DNA of 64,000 nucleotides from an uncultured Flavobacteriaceae bacterium. GTDB lineage: Bacteria; Bacteroidota; Bacteroidia; Flavobacteriales; Flavobacteriaceae. The position numbers and the translations under genes were made by a program. How positions within the stretch are numbered: position 1 is the first letter of the stretch; each line of letters opens with the position of its first letter. Below are positions 17,553 to 27,701 of this stretch, one piece after another. Below the pieces are notes generated by a model. That model made no database searches. It saw nothing but the letters and a program-made list of their open reading frames with translations, and had not been told where the DNA came from. Where the stretch lies: NCBI GenBank assembly GCA_963848865.1, contig CAWKFV010000008.1:27150-91149 (forward strand), in the 5' to 3' direction.

Positions 17553-20519
17553 ATGAAGAAAGTTTTTCTAACTACATTTTTTATTTTATGTGCAGTATTA
17601 ACAATGGTTGCACAGGAAATAACGATTACGGGCAAAATTTCTGATGCAACCGGGCCTTTGCCAGGCGTTAATGTCAGAGTAAAAGGAACTACAAAAGGAG
17701 TAATTTCAGATTTTAACGGTAATTATTCCATTAACGCATCTAGTTCTGGAACTTTACTATTTTCTTATTTGGGCTATGCGACCAGAGAAATTGCGATTGA
17801 TAGTAAAACCACAATAGACGTAACTCTTACCGAAGCCGCAGAACAGTTAACTGAAACTATTGTTCTTGGCACAAGAGGAAAACCAAGGACGGCCTTGGAT
17901 ACCCCGGTTCCGGTAGATGTTATTAATATAGCGGAACAAGCCATTAATATGCCACAACAGGACCTGTCGCAAATGTTGGCCGCTGCTGCACCTTCGTTTA
18001 CCGCGTTCACAAGTGGCGGAGGCGACCTTTCCTCTTTTGTAAGTCAACCTAGCCTTAGGGGACTTGCCGCCAGTCAAGTACTGGTATTGGTAAACGGCAA
18101 AAGAAGGCATACGTCGGCAATTTTGGCAGGTAACCAAACAGGCACACCAGGCCCCGCAGTGGACATGAGTTTCATCCCAAATGTTGGAGTAGAACGTATT
18201 GAAATTCTTCGTGATGGAGCTTCTGCACAGTACGGATCAGATGCCATCGCAGGTGTTATCAACATGGTAATGAAAAAAGGCACTGGCAAGTTTACGGGCT
18301 CGTTAACAGGCGGTGCTTACACAAACAAACAAAATGACATTAGCGAAGACTTAACCCCTGGTGAACAGAGTTTGAGCAGATCTTCAGATGGGTGGGACGG
18401 ATACAATTTTCAATTTGACGGCAACTATGGTTTCGCCTTTGATAATGGGGGTTATATAAATGTTTCTGCCTTAGTAGCCTCATCTGAGCGCACCATAAGA
18501 CCTACGGTCCTAGATATTTCAAGAGCCAGGTTATATGGAGACGCCTACTTGAATAATCAATACACAACCGTTAACGGCCTTCCAATTATTACGAACCCAG
18601 AGCTAATCGCGGCACAAGCAAGTGGCGATGCAGCGGCCATTGCCAGTTTAACTACGGACCAAGGTCTTATGGATGCCAGAGGAATTGAGCAATACGATGT
18701 TGCAACTTATTCCGGTCTTCCGGCGCAAACGCGAATGGGAATTGCCTTCAATATGGAAACACCTCTAAGTGAAACTTCTAATTTTTATGCCTTTGGCGAT
18801 TTAAGTTACAAATACACAGATGCATATAGTTGCTTTTATAGAAGAAGCGCGCAAGCGGACAGATTCAGTTATGCCCTATATCCAAACGGATTTAGACCTC
18901 AAATATATACCGATCAATTCAACATATCCTTGGCTACAGGCATAACGGGTGCAATAGGCGATTTTGATTTTGATTTAAGTAACATTTTTGGCACGAATTC
19001 CGCTCAATATGGCATGTTCAATACTTGGAACGCCAGTATCGGAGATGCCTCTCCCACAGAAATGAATTTAGGTACACACCGGTTTTTACAAAACACGGTA
19101 AATTTTGATGCCACCAATTTTTATGAAGACGTGCTTTCTGGTTTAAATATCGCTTTTGGTGCAGAATTAAGAGTTGAAAATTATCAGATTTCTGCAGGAC
19201 AAGAAGAGAGTTGGACCTCTGGAACAGCTGGTTTCGTTACCGCTCCTACAGACAATTATTCTCTGATAGGTCCGGATGGTTTCCCGCTTGAAGATTTAGG
19301 TGGAAATAAAATTGTGGATGAGAATGGAGATCCTGTTGTATTAGAGTATGCTGGAGTTAGCCAATCCTCTGTTAAAGGATATGCTCTTAACTGTCAATGT
19401 TTCAGGGGCTTTGCTCCCGAAAACGAAGGAAATCGATTTCGATCGGTTATGGCAGCTTATGGAGATCTAGAATTGGATGTTACCGAGGACTTTTTAGTTT
19501 CAGGTGCGTTGCGTTTTGAAAATTATTCTGATTTTGGAAATGTACTAACAGGTAAAGTAGCTGCTAGATATTCCCTTGGCGAGAATTTTGCCATAAGAGG
19601 TTCATACAGTAGTGGATTCCGAGCACCCTCGCTGCAAGAATTGGGTTATTCCCATAGCTATACCTTCTTTGTTGATTTGGTCCCTTTTGACGGTACGTTA
19701 TACCCAAATAGCAGTTCTCCTGCAAAGACCTTGGGAATTGGACCATTGCAGGAAGAGCGGTCAAGAAATTACAGTGTAGGTTTTACTGCTAAACTTGGTA
19801 AATTCAACTTTGCCATAGATGCTTATAAAATTGATATTTTCGATAGAATCTTTGAAACCGGGGAATTCGATTCAAGCAGTGCTCCAGTACTTGAACCTCT
19901 TATAGGTTCAGGACTTGCAAGCTTCAGGATAAACGGTGGAGACATTAGCACTAAAGGTATTGAAGCAGTATTGAGTTACAACACTTTTATTGGTGAGGGC
20001 AAACTGGGCTTTGATCTTGCCGGAATCTTTAGAAAAAATAAGTTTGAAGGTGCTAACTTACCCAACTTGAATACTGCTTTGTCCGATGAAGACTTGGAAA
20101 ACCTATATGTGAATAGAGGTTTAATCGGTCAATTTGAAACCGGTACACCTTCTGGCAAAATTATAGGCACCATTAACTATGCTGTGGGCAAATTCTCAAC
20201 TATGATTAGAGGAACGAGGTTTGGTTCTGTTGAATCCTTGGACAGTGCGGAACGCACCCTTTTTGACACCTCTACTTCTCCAGCGACCCCTATAGGAACA
20301 GGTTTTGCCGATCAATATTTTACTCCAGAATTCACCGTGGATCTTGGGGTTACTTATAAGGTTTCTGACGCTATCAGTTTAACGGTTGGAGGCAATAACA
20401 TTTTCAACGAATATCCTGAAATTATTAGATATGAGAATAGAACGTTCAGCTTGTATTCCCAATATCAGCAAGGTTCGGCAGGGGCCAACTATTTTGGAAG
20501 AATAACCTTTAGCCTATAA
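17553..20519 (+). CDS. TonB-dependent receptor (non-SusC type)
   Basis: Signal peptide, carboxypeptidase-like domain, DTPVPVDVI, RIEILRDGASAQYGSDAIAGVIN plug, GFRAPSL, C-terminal beta strand. Confidence 0.93.
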   Translation: MKKVFLTTFFILCAVLTMVAQEITITGKISDATGPLPGVNVRVKGTTKGVISDFNGNYSINASSSGTLLFSYLGYATREIAIDSKTTIDVTLTEAAEQLTETIVLGTRGKPRTALDTPVPVDVINIAEQAINMPQQDLSQMLAAAAPSFTAFTSGGGDLSSFVSQPSLRGLAASQVLVLVNGKRRHTSAILAGNQTGTPGPAVDMSFIPNVGVERIEILRDGASAQYGSDAIAGVINMVMKKGTGKFTGSLTGGAYTNKQNDISEDLTPGEQSLSRSSDGWDGYNFQFDGNYGFAFDNGGYINVSALVASSERTIRPTVLDISRARLYGDAYLNNQYTTVNGLPIITNPELIAAQASGDAAAIASLTTDQGLMDARGIEQYDVATYSGLPAQTRMGIAFNMETPLSETSNFYAFGDLSYKYTDAYSCFYRRSAQADRFSYALYPNGFRPQIYTDQFNISLATGITGAIGDFDFDLSNIFGTNSAQYGMFNTWNASIGDASPTEMNLGTHRFLQNTVNFDATNFYEDVLSGLNIAFGAELRVENYQISAGQEESWTSGTAGFVTAPTDNYSLIGPDGFPLEDLGGNKIVDENGDPVVLEYAGVSQSSVKGYALNCQCFRGFAPENEGNRFRSVMAAYGDLELDVTEDFLVSGALRFENYSDFGNVLTGKVAARYSLGENFAIRGSYSSGFRAPSLQELGYSHSYTFFVDLVPFDGTLYPNSSSPAKTLGIGPLQEERSRNYSVGFTAKLGKFNFAIDAYKIDIFDRIFETGEFDSSSAPVLEPLIGSGLASFRINGGDISTKGIEAVLSYNTFIGEGKLGFDLAGIFRKNKFEGANLPNLNTALSDEDLENLYVNRGLIGQFETGTPSGKIIGTINYAVGKFSTMIRGTRFGSVESLDSAERTLFDTSTSPATPIGTGFADQYFTPEFTVDLGVTYKVSDAISLTVGGNNIFNEYPEIIRYENRTFSLYSQYQQGSAGANYFGRITFSL

Positions 20520-20550
20520 TCAAAGTAAACTATATAAAGAATAGACAATT

Positions 20551-21048
20551 ATGAAAAAATATATCAAAAATATCGTGCTCTTTTTAGCAGTGGTTACTTT
20601 ACTATCTTGTGAGCAAGAAAGACTTGCACCAGAACTTGAAACAGCTGAAGGTGGAGGCAAATTAAATATATATACAGCCTATTCGATTGATGCTACGGAT
20701 CCATCCGGATCAAACGTTTATGGTCGGGTTGTTTTCTACAAGACTACGTTGGACCAAACGCTTGTTCAAATATCTTTATACAACACAATTAGTGGTTTAA
20801 TGCATCCGGCCCTTATTTTAGAAGGAGCTGCCGGCACTGGAACTACAACTTTAGTTGCATTAGATAATATTGACGGAAGTTCCGGTGAGTTTATGACAAG
20901 TAAGTTTTTCGTTATATCGGATACTTCTTTCTATGATTCATTGGAAACGTTGGATGCCAACGTAAGCATAAGTCTAAGCCCTACAGACGATACCATAGTT
21001 GCTGTTGGTGATATTGGTATCAATGCCGAACCGGTAGAGACAAATTAG
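20551..21048 (+). CDS. Lipoprotein with degenerate CHRD-like domain
   Basis: Lipobox LLSC; HPALILEG and ISLS..IVAVGDIG follow the CHRD-like pattern but lack most of the usual His residues. Confidence 0.65.
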   Translation: MKKYIKNIVLFLAVVTLLSCEQERLAPELETAEGGGKLNIYTAYSIDATDPSGSNVYGRVVFYKTTLDQTLVQISLYNTISGLMHPALILEGAAGTGTTTLVALDNIDGSSGEFMTSKFFVISDTSFYDSLETLDANVSISLSPTDDTIVAVGDIGINAEPVETN

Positions 21049-21082
21049 AGAACATTAATTATAAACTTAAATATAGCACTTA

Positions 21083-22273
21083 ATGGAAACAAAAGTAAAC
21101 AGACGAGATTGGCTCAAAAGAGGCGTTCTCACCGCTGCTGGAGTAATGGCAGCACCTTATTTGACCTATGGAGCATTTCCGTCTCAACCTATAAGGGTTG
21201 ATGCACAGGGAAATATTCCTTACACTCCCTTTTTCAAGGAGTATTTACCTTATGCACCTACTTCACCTATAGAATTGGAAGCAAAAATTAATGCAAATGA
21301 AAATCCCTATGGGCCATCTCCAATGGCTGTGGAGGCTATGCAAAAATGGGCTCCAAAAGGAAATAGGTATGCATGGAAAGAATTATATGAATTGATGGAC
21401 AAAATTGCCTTGGAAGAAGGTGTAAAGCAAGAAAATATAATGATGGGGCCTGGTTCTTCCGATCTATTGGAAAAAACGGCAATGGTATTCTTTCAAAACG
21501 GTGGAAACATTGTCTCCGCAGATCCTGCGTACATGTCTTTAATTAAAGTTGCAGAAGCTACAGGAGCAACATGGAAGCCCGTCCCTTTGAAAAAAGATTG
21601 GTCTCATGATCTTGCCGCTATGGAAGCTGCAATTGATGCCGATACGAAATTGGTGTATATCTGCAACCCTAACAATCCTACAGGTAGTATGACCGACCAC
21701 GATGAATTGATTGATTTCTGTTCTAGGGTATCGGAAAAAACCCCAATTTTCGTTGACGAAGCCTATCTAGGATTCTTGGAAGATGGTGCTAAAAAAAGTA
21801 TGGTATCCTTGATTAATGAAGGTAAAAATGTAATTATCGCCCGTACATTTTCCAAAATACAAGGTATGGCAGGACTGCGTGTAGGTTATGTTGTAGCGCT
21901 TCCTGAAACGTTAGAGATTATCCAAAAAATCACAAGAGGAGGTATGGGAATAACATTACCATCCGTTTATGCTGCTATGGCAAGTATGGATGATATTGCC
22001 TTTAAGGATAAATCAAGAAAGTTGAATAAGGAATGTAGGGAGTATGTTTATGAAAACCTTGAACGAATGGGCTTTGATTACGTACCCTCTTCAACAAGTT
22101 TCATATTATTTCCTATTGAAATGGAAGGTCAACCCTTCCTTGAAAAAATGACCGCCCTAGGGGTTGGTGTCAGGGCATTCCAAATCTATGATAAAAACTG
22201 GTGTCGTGTGAGCATGGGAACCATGGATGAGATGAAGTTATTTACAGCTGCCCTGGAAAAAGTGCTAGTTTAA
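21083..22273 (+). CDS. Tat-exported HisC-like PLP-dependent aminotransferase
   Basis: NRRDWLK Tat motif plus hydrophobic stretch; NENPYGPSP, CNPNNPTG, DEAY, RTFSK (PLP lysine), GLRVGY. Confidence 0.9.
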   Translation: METKVNRRDWLKRGVLTAAGVMAAPYLTYGAFPSQPIRVDAQGNIPYTPFFKEYLPYAPTSPIELEAKINANENPYGPSPMAVEAMQKWAPKGNRYAWKELYELMDKIALEEGVKQENIMMGPGSSDLLEKTAMVFFQNGGNIVSADPAYMSLIKVAEATGATWKPVPLKKDWSHDLAAMEAAIDADTKLVYICNPNNPTGSMTDHDELIDFCSRVSEKTPIFVDEAYLGFLEDGAKKSMVSLINEGKNVIIARTFSKIQGMAGLRVGYVVALPETLEIIQKITRGGMGITLPSVYAAMASMDDIAFKDKSRKLNKECREYVYENLERMGFDYVPSSTSFILFPIEMEGQPFLEKMTALGVGVRAFQIYDKNWCRVSMGTMDEMKLFTAALEKVLV

Positions 22274-22380
22274 GTTTGATTAGCCCAGGAGTTGGATTTG
22301 TTGGACAATTGCCTTGATAATCGTCTTTATCCGACTCCAAGGGGCTAATCTAAAATAATGAAAACCCTACAGTAGGCTAT

Positions 22381-23580
22381 ATGAATTTTGCCCTTCAAAA
22401 AACCTTAGAACTCTTAATAATTATTGGAATTGGCTTCTTTTTACAGAAGAAAATTGCCAAGCAAGATCTTAAGGGGGTAAAGGAAATAATCCTATGTGTT
22501 GCCCTGCCCGCAACAATATTTGTGGCATTATTAAAAATAGAACTCAAAGGAACCCTTCTTGTGTTCCCTTTGTTGGCATTGACTTTTAATCTTGTAATGC
22601 TAGCGGCTTCAAAATATTTTTTGTCGGTTACCTTACCGCTTAAAGAAAATGCCAAAAAAAGAACATTAATTCTACTTTTACCATCATTGGCACCCGGGCT
22701 ATCCTGCTTCCCTTTTATAGTTTCTTATCTAGGTGATGACTCCTTGGCACTCGCTGCATTGGCAGACGTAGGCAACAAAATTTTTGTGCTTATCATACTT
22801 TATATGGTTGCAATGCATTGGTATCGCTTCAGAAGTACAAATCGTTTACACGAATCTTCAAAAAGCAAGCTAAAAGGATTGCTTATCTCCCTTTTTAACG
22901 AACCTATAAACTTGGTTTTGGTCGCCGGTCTGGTTCTATTGGGGTTTGGTTTTACCCTTGCGGCCCTACCACTCTTTCTGCAAAACACCGTAGTAAACAT
23001 GACCGCTATAATGACCCCCTTGGTACTACTTTTTATAGGAATGGCGGTACGGATTAAGTCCAGTGAATTTGGAATAATCCTTTCAATGTTAATTAGAAGG
23101 GCCGGTTTAACCTTTTGCCTTTCCGCAGTTTTTGTATACGCATTTCCAACATTGGCACCAACGTTAATTTTGTTATTGGTGGTTTTTCCTCAGAGCTCCT
23201 GCAGTTTTTGGCCATTTGCACATATAAGTGCTATTAATTCCATGGAAGAAAAAGATAAGCAACCGGAACCAACTTTTGATATGAATTTTGCGGTAAACAT
23301 CTTAGCATGTTCGCTTCCTTTCTCTACACTTTTAATTATAGGTGTTTTCTCCTTTAGCGATTTTTTCATTAACCCAAATATTCTTCTAGGAATGGGTCTG
23401 GGAGCACTGGCCATTTCATTTGCGCCACATATTTTTAAATCAAGAAGCTTTATGAGGGATAGGGAAGAGAAATGGCTGAAATCCAGTAAAAAGAAAAAAT
23501 CAAATCTTACCCTCGCTAGTTCTAATTCTAAGGTTGAAGAAAAAACTGAAGAGACCATTAAAGAAGCCCAAGCTAGTTAA
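22381..23580 (+). CDS. AEC-family (auxin efflux carrier-like) membrane permease
   Basis: About ten hydrophobic segments; VALPATIF near the N-terminus; PLVLLFIG in the second repeat. Confidence 0.7.
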   Translation: MNFALQKTLELLIIIGIGFFLQKKIAKQDLKGVKEIILCVALPATIFVALLKIELKGTLLVFPLLALTFNLVMLAASKYFLSVTLPLKENAKKRTLILLLPSLAPGLSCFPFIVSYLGDDSLALAALADVGNKIFVLIILYMVAMHWYRFRSTNRLHESSKSKLKGLLISLFNEPINLVLVAGLVLLGFGFTLAALPLFLQNTVVNMTAIMTPLVLLFIGMAVRIKSSEFGIILSMLIRRAGLTFCLSAVFVYAFPTLAPTLILLLVVFPQSSCSFWPFAHISAINSMEEKDKQPEPTFDMNFAVNILACSLPFSTLLIIGVFSFSDFFINPNILLGMGLGALAISFAPHIFKSRSFMRDREEKWLKSSKKKKSNLTLASSNSKVEEKTEETIKEAQAS

Positions 23581-23588
23581 TACCTTAC

Positions 23589-24941
23589 TTAATACGTCTC
23601 CTTCATCCACTCATAAGAAGTTCTTTTAATCCATAGCCCTCTTGTGAAATCTGGAAAATCCTGTGGTTCGCCATTATTGTCAATTGAGGCTTCGGATAAT
23701 GGTGTTACGGCGCTCCAAGCAGCTGCATCATAGGCATCCATGGGTGGAGCTATATTTGATTTGGCGGACTCAACAAAGGAGTTCATAACAAAGAAATCCA
23801 TTCCGCCATGACCGGCATCTAAGGCATACTCCCCATATTTTTTCCAAAGTGGATGATCATATTTATCCAACCAAGCGGTTGCCTCGTCCCATTTATGCGG
23901 TTCGGATTGTCCTTCAACATAAATTCTATTTCCATCAACCTCCCATAAACCATTTGCTCCCTGTACCCTAAACCCTAATGAATAAGGTCGTGGTAAATTA
24001 CAGTCATGTGTTACGATTATGGTTTCTCCATTTGCTGTGTCTATAGTGGTTGTAATAACATCTCCCTGTTTAAATTTGACCTTTGCATTAGGATGATCTT
24101 TTCCTCCAACTTCCATTATATAGTTATGCAACCCAATTGCCTTTGTGGCATGGGAGGTTAACGACATGAAACGGTTTCCTCTATTGATATTCGCCATTAC
24201 CGCCACAGGTCCTAAACCATGGGTAGGGTACACATCCGCATTTCTTTTAACGGAATGTTCCGTTCTCCATTTAGCTTCAGAAATTCCTTTTTCACCAAAC
24301 TCCGCTCCCTTGCCATAAGCTGTTTTGCCGTCATTGAATTTTACATGCCGTAAATCGTGCTGATAACCACATCTAAAATGAACAAGTTCGCCAAAAACAT
24401 TCTGTTTTACCATATTCAATACCGCCAAGATATCCCTGCGATAATTTACATTTTCCATAATCATCAAATGGGTTCCTGTAGCTTCATGCGTATTTACCAA
24501 GTCCCAACACTCTTCCAATGTATTGGAAGCCGAAACTTCTACCCCTGCATATTTACCTGCCTTCATGGCGTCAACTGCCATTCTTGTATGCCACAACCAA
24601 GGTGTGGAGATTACTACGGCATCCACTACATTAAGTTCCAATAGATTTCTGTAGTCATATTCATTGGTACCAAAGACCTGAGGTGCTTTGCCTCCTGTTT
24701 TGGCAATTAAATCTTTAGCAATAGTAATTCTTGCAGGGTCCGTATCGCAAATGGCAGTAATGTTTACATCCTTACGCAAAAGTAAATTCTCCAAGTGATT
24801 TGTGCCCCGTAAACCTACCCCTATCACAGCCACATTTAGTTTATCTGCCGGACTGTATAATTTAGTTGCGAAACTGGGGATCGCGAACAATCCAGCACTT
24901 GCCATAGTTGTATGTTTTATAAAATCTCTTCTATTGCCCAT
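23589..24941 (-). CDS. GH109 NAD+-dependent alpha-N-acetylgalactosaminidase-like enzyme, Tat-exported
   Basis: NRRDFIK Tat motif, STPWLWH, MENVNY, GYQHDL, YPTHGLGP, PRPYS, GHGGMD. Confidence 0.88.
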   Translation of the reverse strand: MGNRRDFIKHTTMASAGLFAIPSFATKLYSPADKLNVAVIGVGLRGTNHLENLLLRKDVNITAICDTDPARITIAKDLIAKTGGKAPQVFGTNEYDYRNLLELNVVDAVVISTPWLWHTRMAVDAMKAGKYAGVEVSASNTLEECWDLVNTHEATGTHLMIMENVNYRRDILAVLNMVKQNVFGELVHFRCGYQHDLRHVKFNDGKTAYGKGAEFGEKGISEAKWRTEHSVKRNADVYPTHGLGPVAVMANINRGNRFMSLTSHATKAIGLHNYIMEVGGKDHPNAKVKFKQGDVITTTIDTANGETIIVTHDCNLPRPYSLGFRVQGANGLWEVDGNRIYVEGQSEPHKWDEATAWLDKYDHPLWKKYGEYALDAGHGGMDFFVMNSFVESAKSNIAPPMDAYDAAAWSAVTPLSEASIDNNGEPQDFPDFTRGLWIKRTSYEWMKETY

Positions 24942-25080
24942 GTATCAATTTTTAAAACCAAAGGAAATTATGAAAAAGTTATTTAACAGTTAAAAATATA
25001 TCGAATATATGTAATGATTATCTTGATTACGAATGGCTTTTAATCACAATCCTTATTTTTACATCATAAAATAAAAAACA

Positions 25081-25965
25081 ATGACTTTACTTTTAATGGC
25101 TGCCGGAAGCGGTAGTAGATATGGAAAACTAAAGCAGTTTGACGAACTTGGACCAAACGGTGAATTTTTAATGGAGTTTGCCATCTACGATGCCATCAAC
25201 AATAATTTTGACCAAATCGTGGTCATTACAAAAGCGGAAAATGTCTCTTTCTTACATGACTATTTAAAGGAAAGGCTCCCAAAGCATATTACGTTAAACG
25301 TATTGGCGCAAGAACTTACTGATCTACCAGAGGGTGCCAGCTTTACCGGAGAACGTAAAAAACCTTGGGGAACGGCTCATGCGGTATGGACTGCCAGAAA
25401 CGTTATCAACGGTCCCTTTGTAGTCATTAATGCTGATGATTTTTACGGTCAATCCGCCTATGAAAACGCCGCTACTTTTATGAGTTCCGACCTAAATGAT
25501 AATGCGTACGCACTATTGGGCTATACATTAAAGGATACGCTTTCTGAACATGGTTCTGTTTCCAGAGGCGTTTGTAAGGTTAAAGGGGAGGATTTGGTCT
25601 CCGTTGAGGAGCGCCTAAAATTGGTACAAAAAGGTGCAGTGGTATTGGATGAGGACACAGGTCTCGAATTTACCGGCGATGAACAGGCAAGCATGAATTT
25701 CTGGGTTTGCAGGCCGTCTATTTTTGATAAGATAGAATCGGAATTTAGACTTTTTCTAAAGGATGAAGACCGTATAGCAAATAGTGAGCTTTATCTCCCA
25801 TTTACGATCCAAGAAATGCTCCAAGCGGGCGAAATAGAAGTGAAATGTATACCTTCTGGAGGTGAATGGTTTGGAGTTACTTACGCAAGTGACAAGGAAA
25901 AGGCGATGGAAAGTCTTCAAAATAAAACCAATAAAGGTCAATACGTTTCACCTTTATGGGACTAG
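25081..25965 (+). CDS. Sugar-1-phosphate nucleotidyltransferase
   Basis: MAAGSGSRYGKLKQ, KPWGTAHA, INADDFYG, GSVSRG, WFGVTY. Confidence 0.88.
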   Translation: MTLLLMAAGSGSRYGKLKQFDELGPNGEFLMEFAIYDAINNNFDQIVVITKAENVSFLHDYLKERLPKHITLNVLAQELTDLPEGASFTGERKKPWGTAHAVWTARNVINGPFVVINADDFYGQSAYENAATFMSSDLNDNAYALLGYTLKDTLSEHGSVSRGVCKVKGEDLVSVEERLKLVQKGAVVLDEDTGLEFTGDEQASMNFWVCRPSIFDKIESEFRLFLKDEDRIANSELYLPFTIQEMLQAGEIEVKCIPSGGEWFGVTYASDKEKAMESLQNKTNKGQYVSPLWD

Positions 25966-27039
25966 GGAACAGCAAATATACCCTAGAAGAACTTTACGAT
26001 ATTCTAGGGTATTTTGCAATCGCTAAAGATTCATTTCAACTTCAACCTTTAACCTCCGGCTACATCAATGATACATTTTTGGTATCGGTTAATGACAAAC
26101 CCTTATATATTCTACAGCGCATCAATCATCTTGTTTTCAAGAATATAAAAGGACTAATGTCCAATATGTCCAAAACGTTGAATACGCTTGATTTCTGATG
26201 ATTATGCTACCATCACACTAGTGCCCACAAAAGAAGGTTCTAATTTTACCGATGGAGATAAGGGTAACTGGCGCCTTATGAGTTTTATTCCGAGAAGTAC
26301 AACATTTGACAATACAAAAAATCCCAAAATCGCATTTGAGGCCGGACGAATTATCGGAAAATTCCACCTACTTCTACAGCATCAAAATCCATCTGAATTT
26401 TTGGATACCATTCCCTATTTTCATGACTTATCCTATCGTGAAAAAGAATTTGAAGAAGCTATATCAAATGCACAGCACGGGAAATTGGAAAATGCCCACT
26501 CAGCAGTCAATTTTACAAGAAAGCTTTTGGAGATTTTAAAAGAAATCGATAGTGACAACTTACCGTTACGCGTTTGTCATAACGATACCAAATTGAACAA
26601 TATCCTATTTTCAAAAAGTTCGGACAAGGGTCTTTGCTTAATAGATTTGGACACCGTAATGAAAGGGTATTTCTTTTATGATTTTGGGGATGCCGTACGA
26701 ACAATTGCCAATACAGCTCCAGAAGATGAGCAAGATTACGGTAAAATAACCTTTGACAAAAAACTTTTTTCTTCCTTTGTTAAGGGTCTAGCCACTAACG
26801 GTTCATTTTTAACAAAAGAGGAATTACAATCTTTGCCCTTAGGCGTCGTTTTTATGCCCTTTATTCATGGGCTTAGAGCGCTAACCGATTATTTGAACAA
26901 CAACATTTATTATAAAGTTACTTACGACAACCAAAATCTAAATCGTTGTCTCAGCCTTTTTAACTTTACCCAGAAAGCTCTGGACAATACAGATTTCATC
27001 GAAAGAATAATAGGGGAATTTTATCCAGAAAAATATTGA
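25956..27039 (+). CDS. N-acetylhexosamine 1-kinase-like phosphotransferase (one-base frameshift near 26192)
   Basis: SGYINDTF and LQRINH in the first ORF; HNDTKLNN, IDLDTVM and YDFGDAVR in the second. They join if one T is removed from GATTTCTGAT. Confidence 0.85.
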
Positions 27040-27107
27040 CAATTCAATTTTACTGATTCCCAATAGTTAGAAATATCAGTTATATTTAAAATACTTTAGA
27101 GACCACT

Positions 27108-27701
27108 ATGGAACGTAATGAACTTTATCCCATTTTCTTAAAAGTATCCAACCTAAACACATTGATTGTTGGGGGCGGAAATGTTGCATTGGAAAAATTG
27201 ACATTTTTATTGAAGTCCAGCCCTGGCGCACAAGTTCAAATGGTTTCGCCAATGTTTAGGGAAGAGACTATAAAGCTTGCAAAGCAATACCAAATTGAAA
27301 TGGTGGAAGATACCTATAGTGGCAAATATTTGGAAGGAAAGCATATGGTAATAGCCACAACAGATAATGTTCCCGTAAATGAATTGGTCTATAAGGAATG
27401 TAGGGAAAGGAATATTCTTGTAAACGTGGCGGACAATCCGCCTTTTTGTGATTTTTACATGGGCGGAATTGTGACCAAGGGCAATGTAAAAGTCGCCATC
27501 TCCACCAATGGGAAATCGCCTACAACGGCCAAACGTTTGCGCCAGTTTTTTGAGGATGTCATCCCGGAGAATATAAATGATCTAGTACAAAATTTGAACG
27601 AGTTCAGAAAAACGATAAAAGGAGATTTCGAGGAAAAAGTAGAAACGCTGAACGAGTTTACCAAAGGCCTAGTAAACAAAAAAGATAGTGATGAAAATTA
27701 G
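27108..27701 (+). CDS. Precorrin-2 dehydrogenase / sirohydrochlorin ferrochelatase (SirC, CysG N-terminal type)
   Basis: LYPIFL, VGGGNVA, VNVADNPPFCDF, AISTNGKSP. Confidence 0.9.
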   Translation: MERNELYPIFLKVSNLNTLIVGGGNVALEKLTFLLKSSPGAQVQMVSPMFREETIKLAKQYQIEMVEDTYSGKYLEGKHMVIATTDNVPVNELVYKECRERNILVNVADNPPFCDFYMGGIVTKGNVKVAISTNGKSPTTAKRLRQFFEDVIPENINDLVQNLNEFRKTIKGDFEEKVETLNEFTKGLVNKKDSDEN

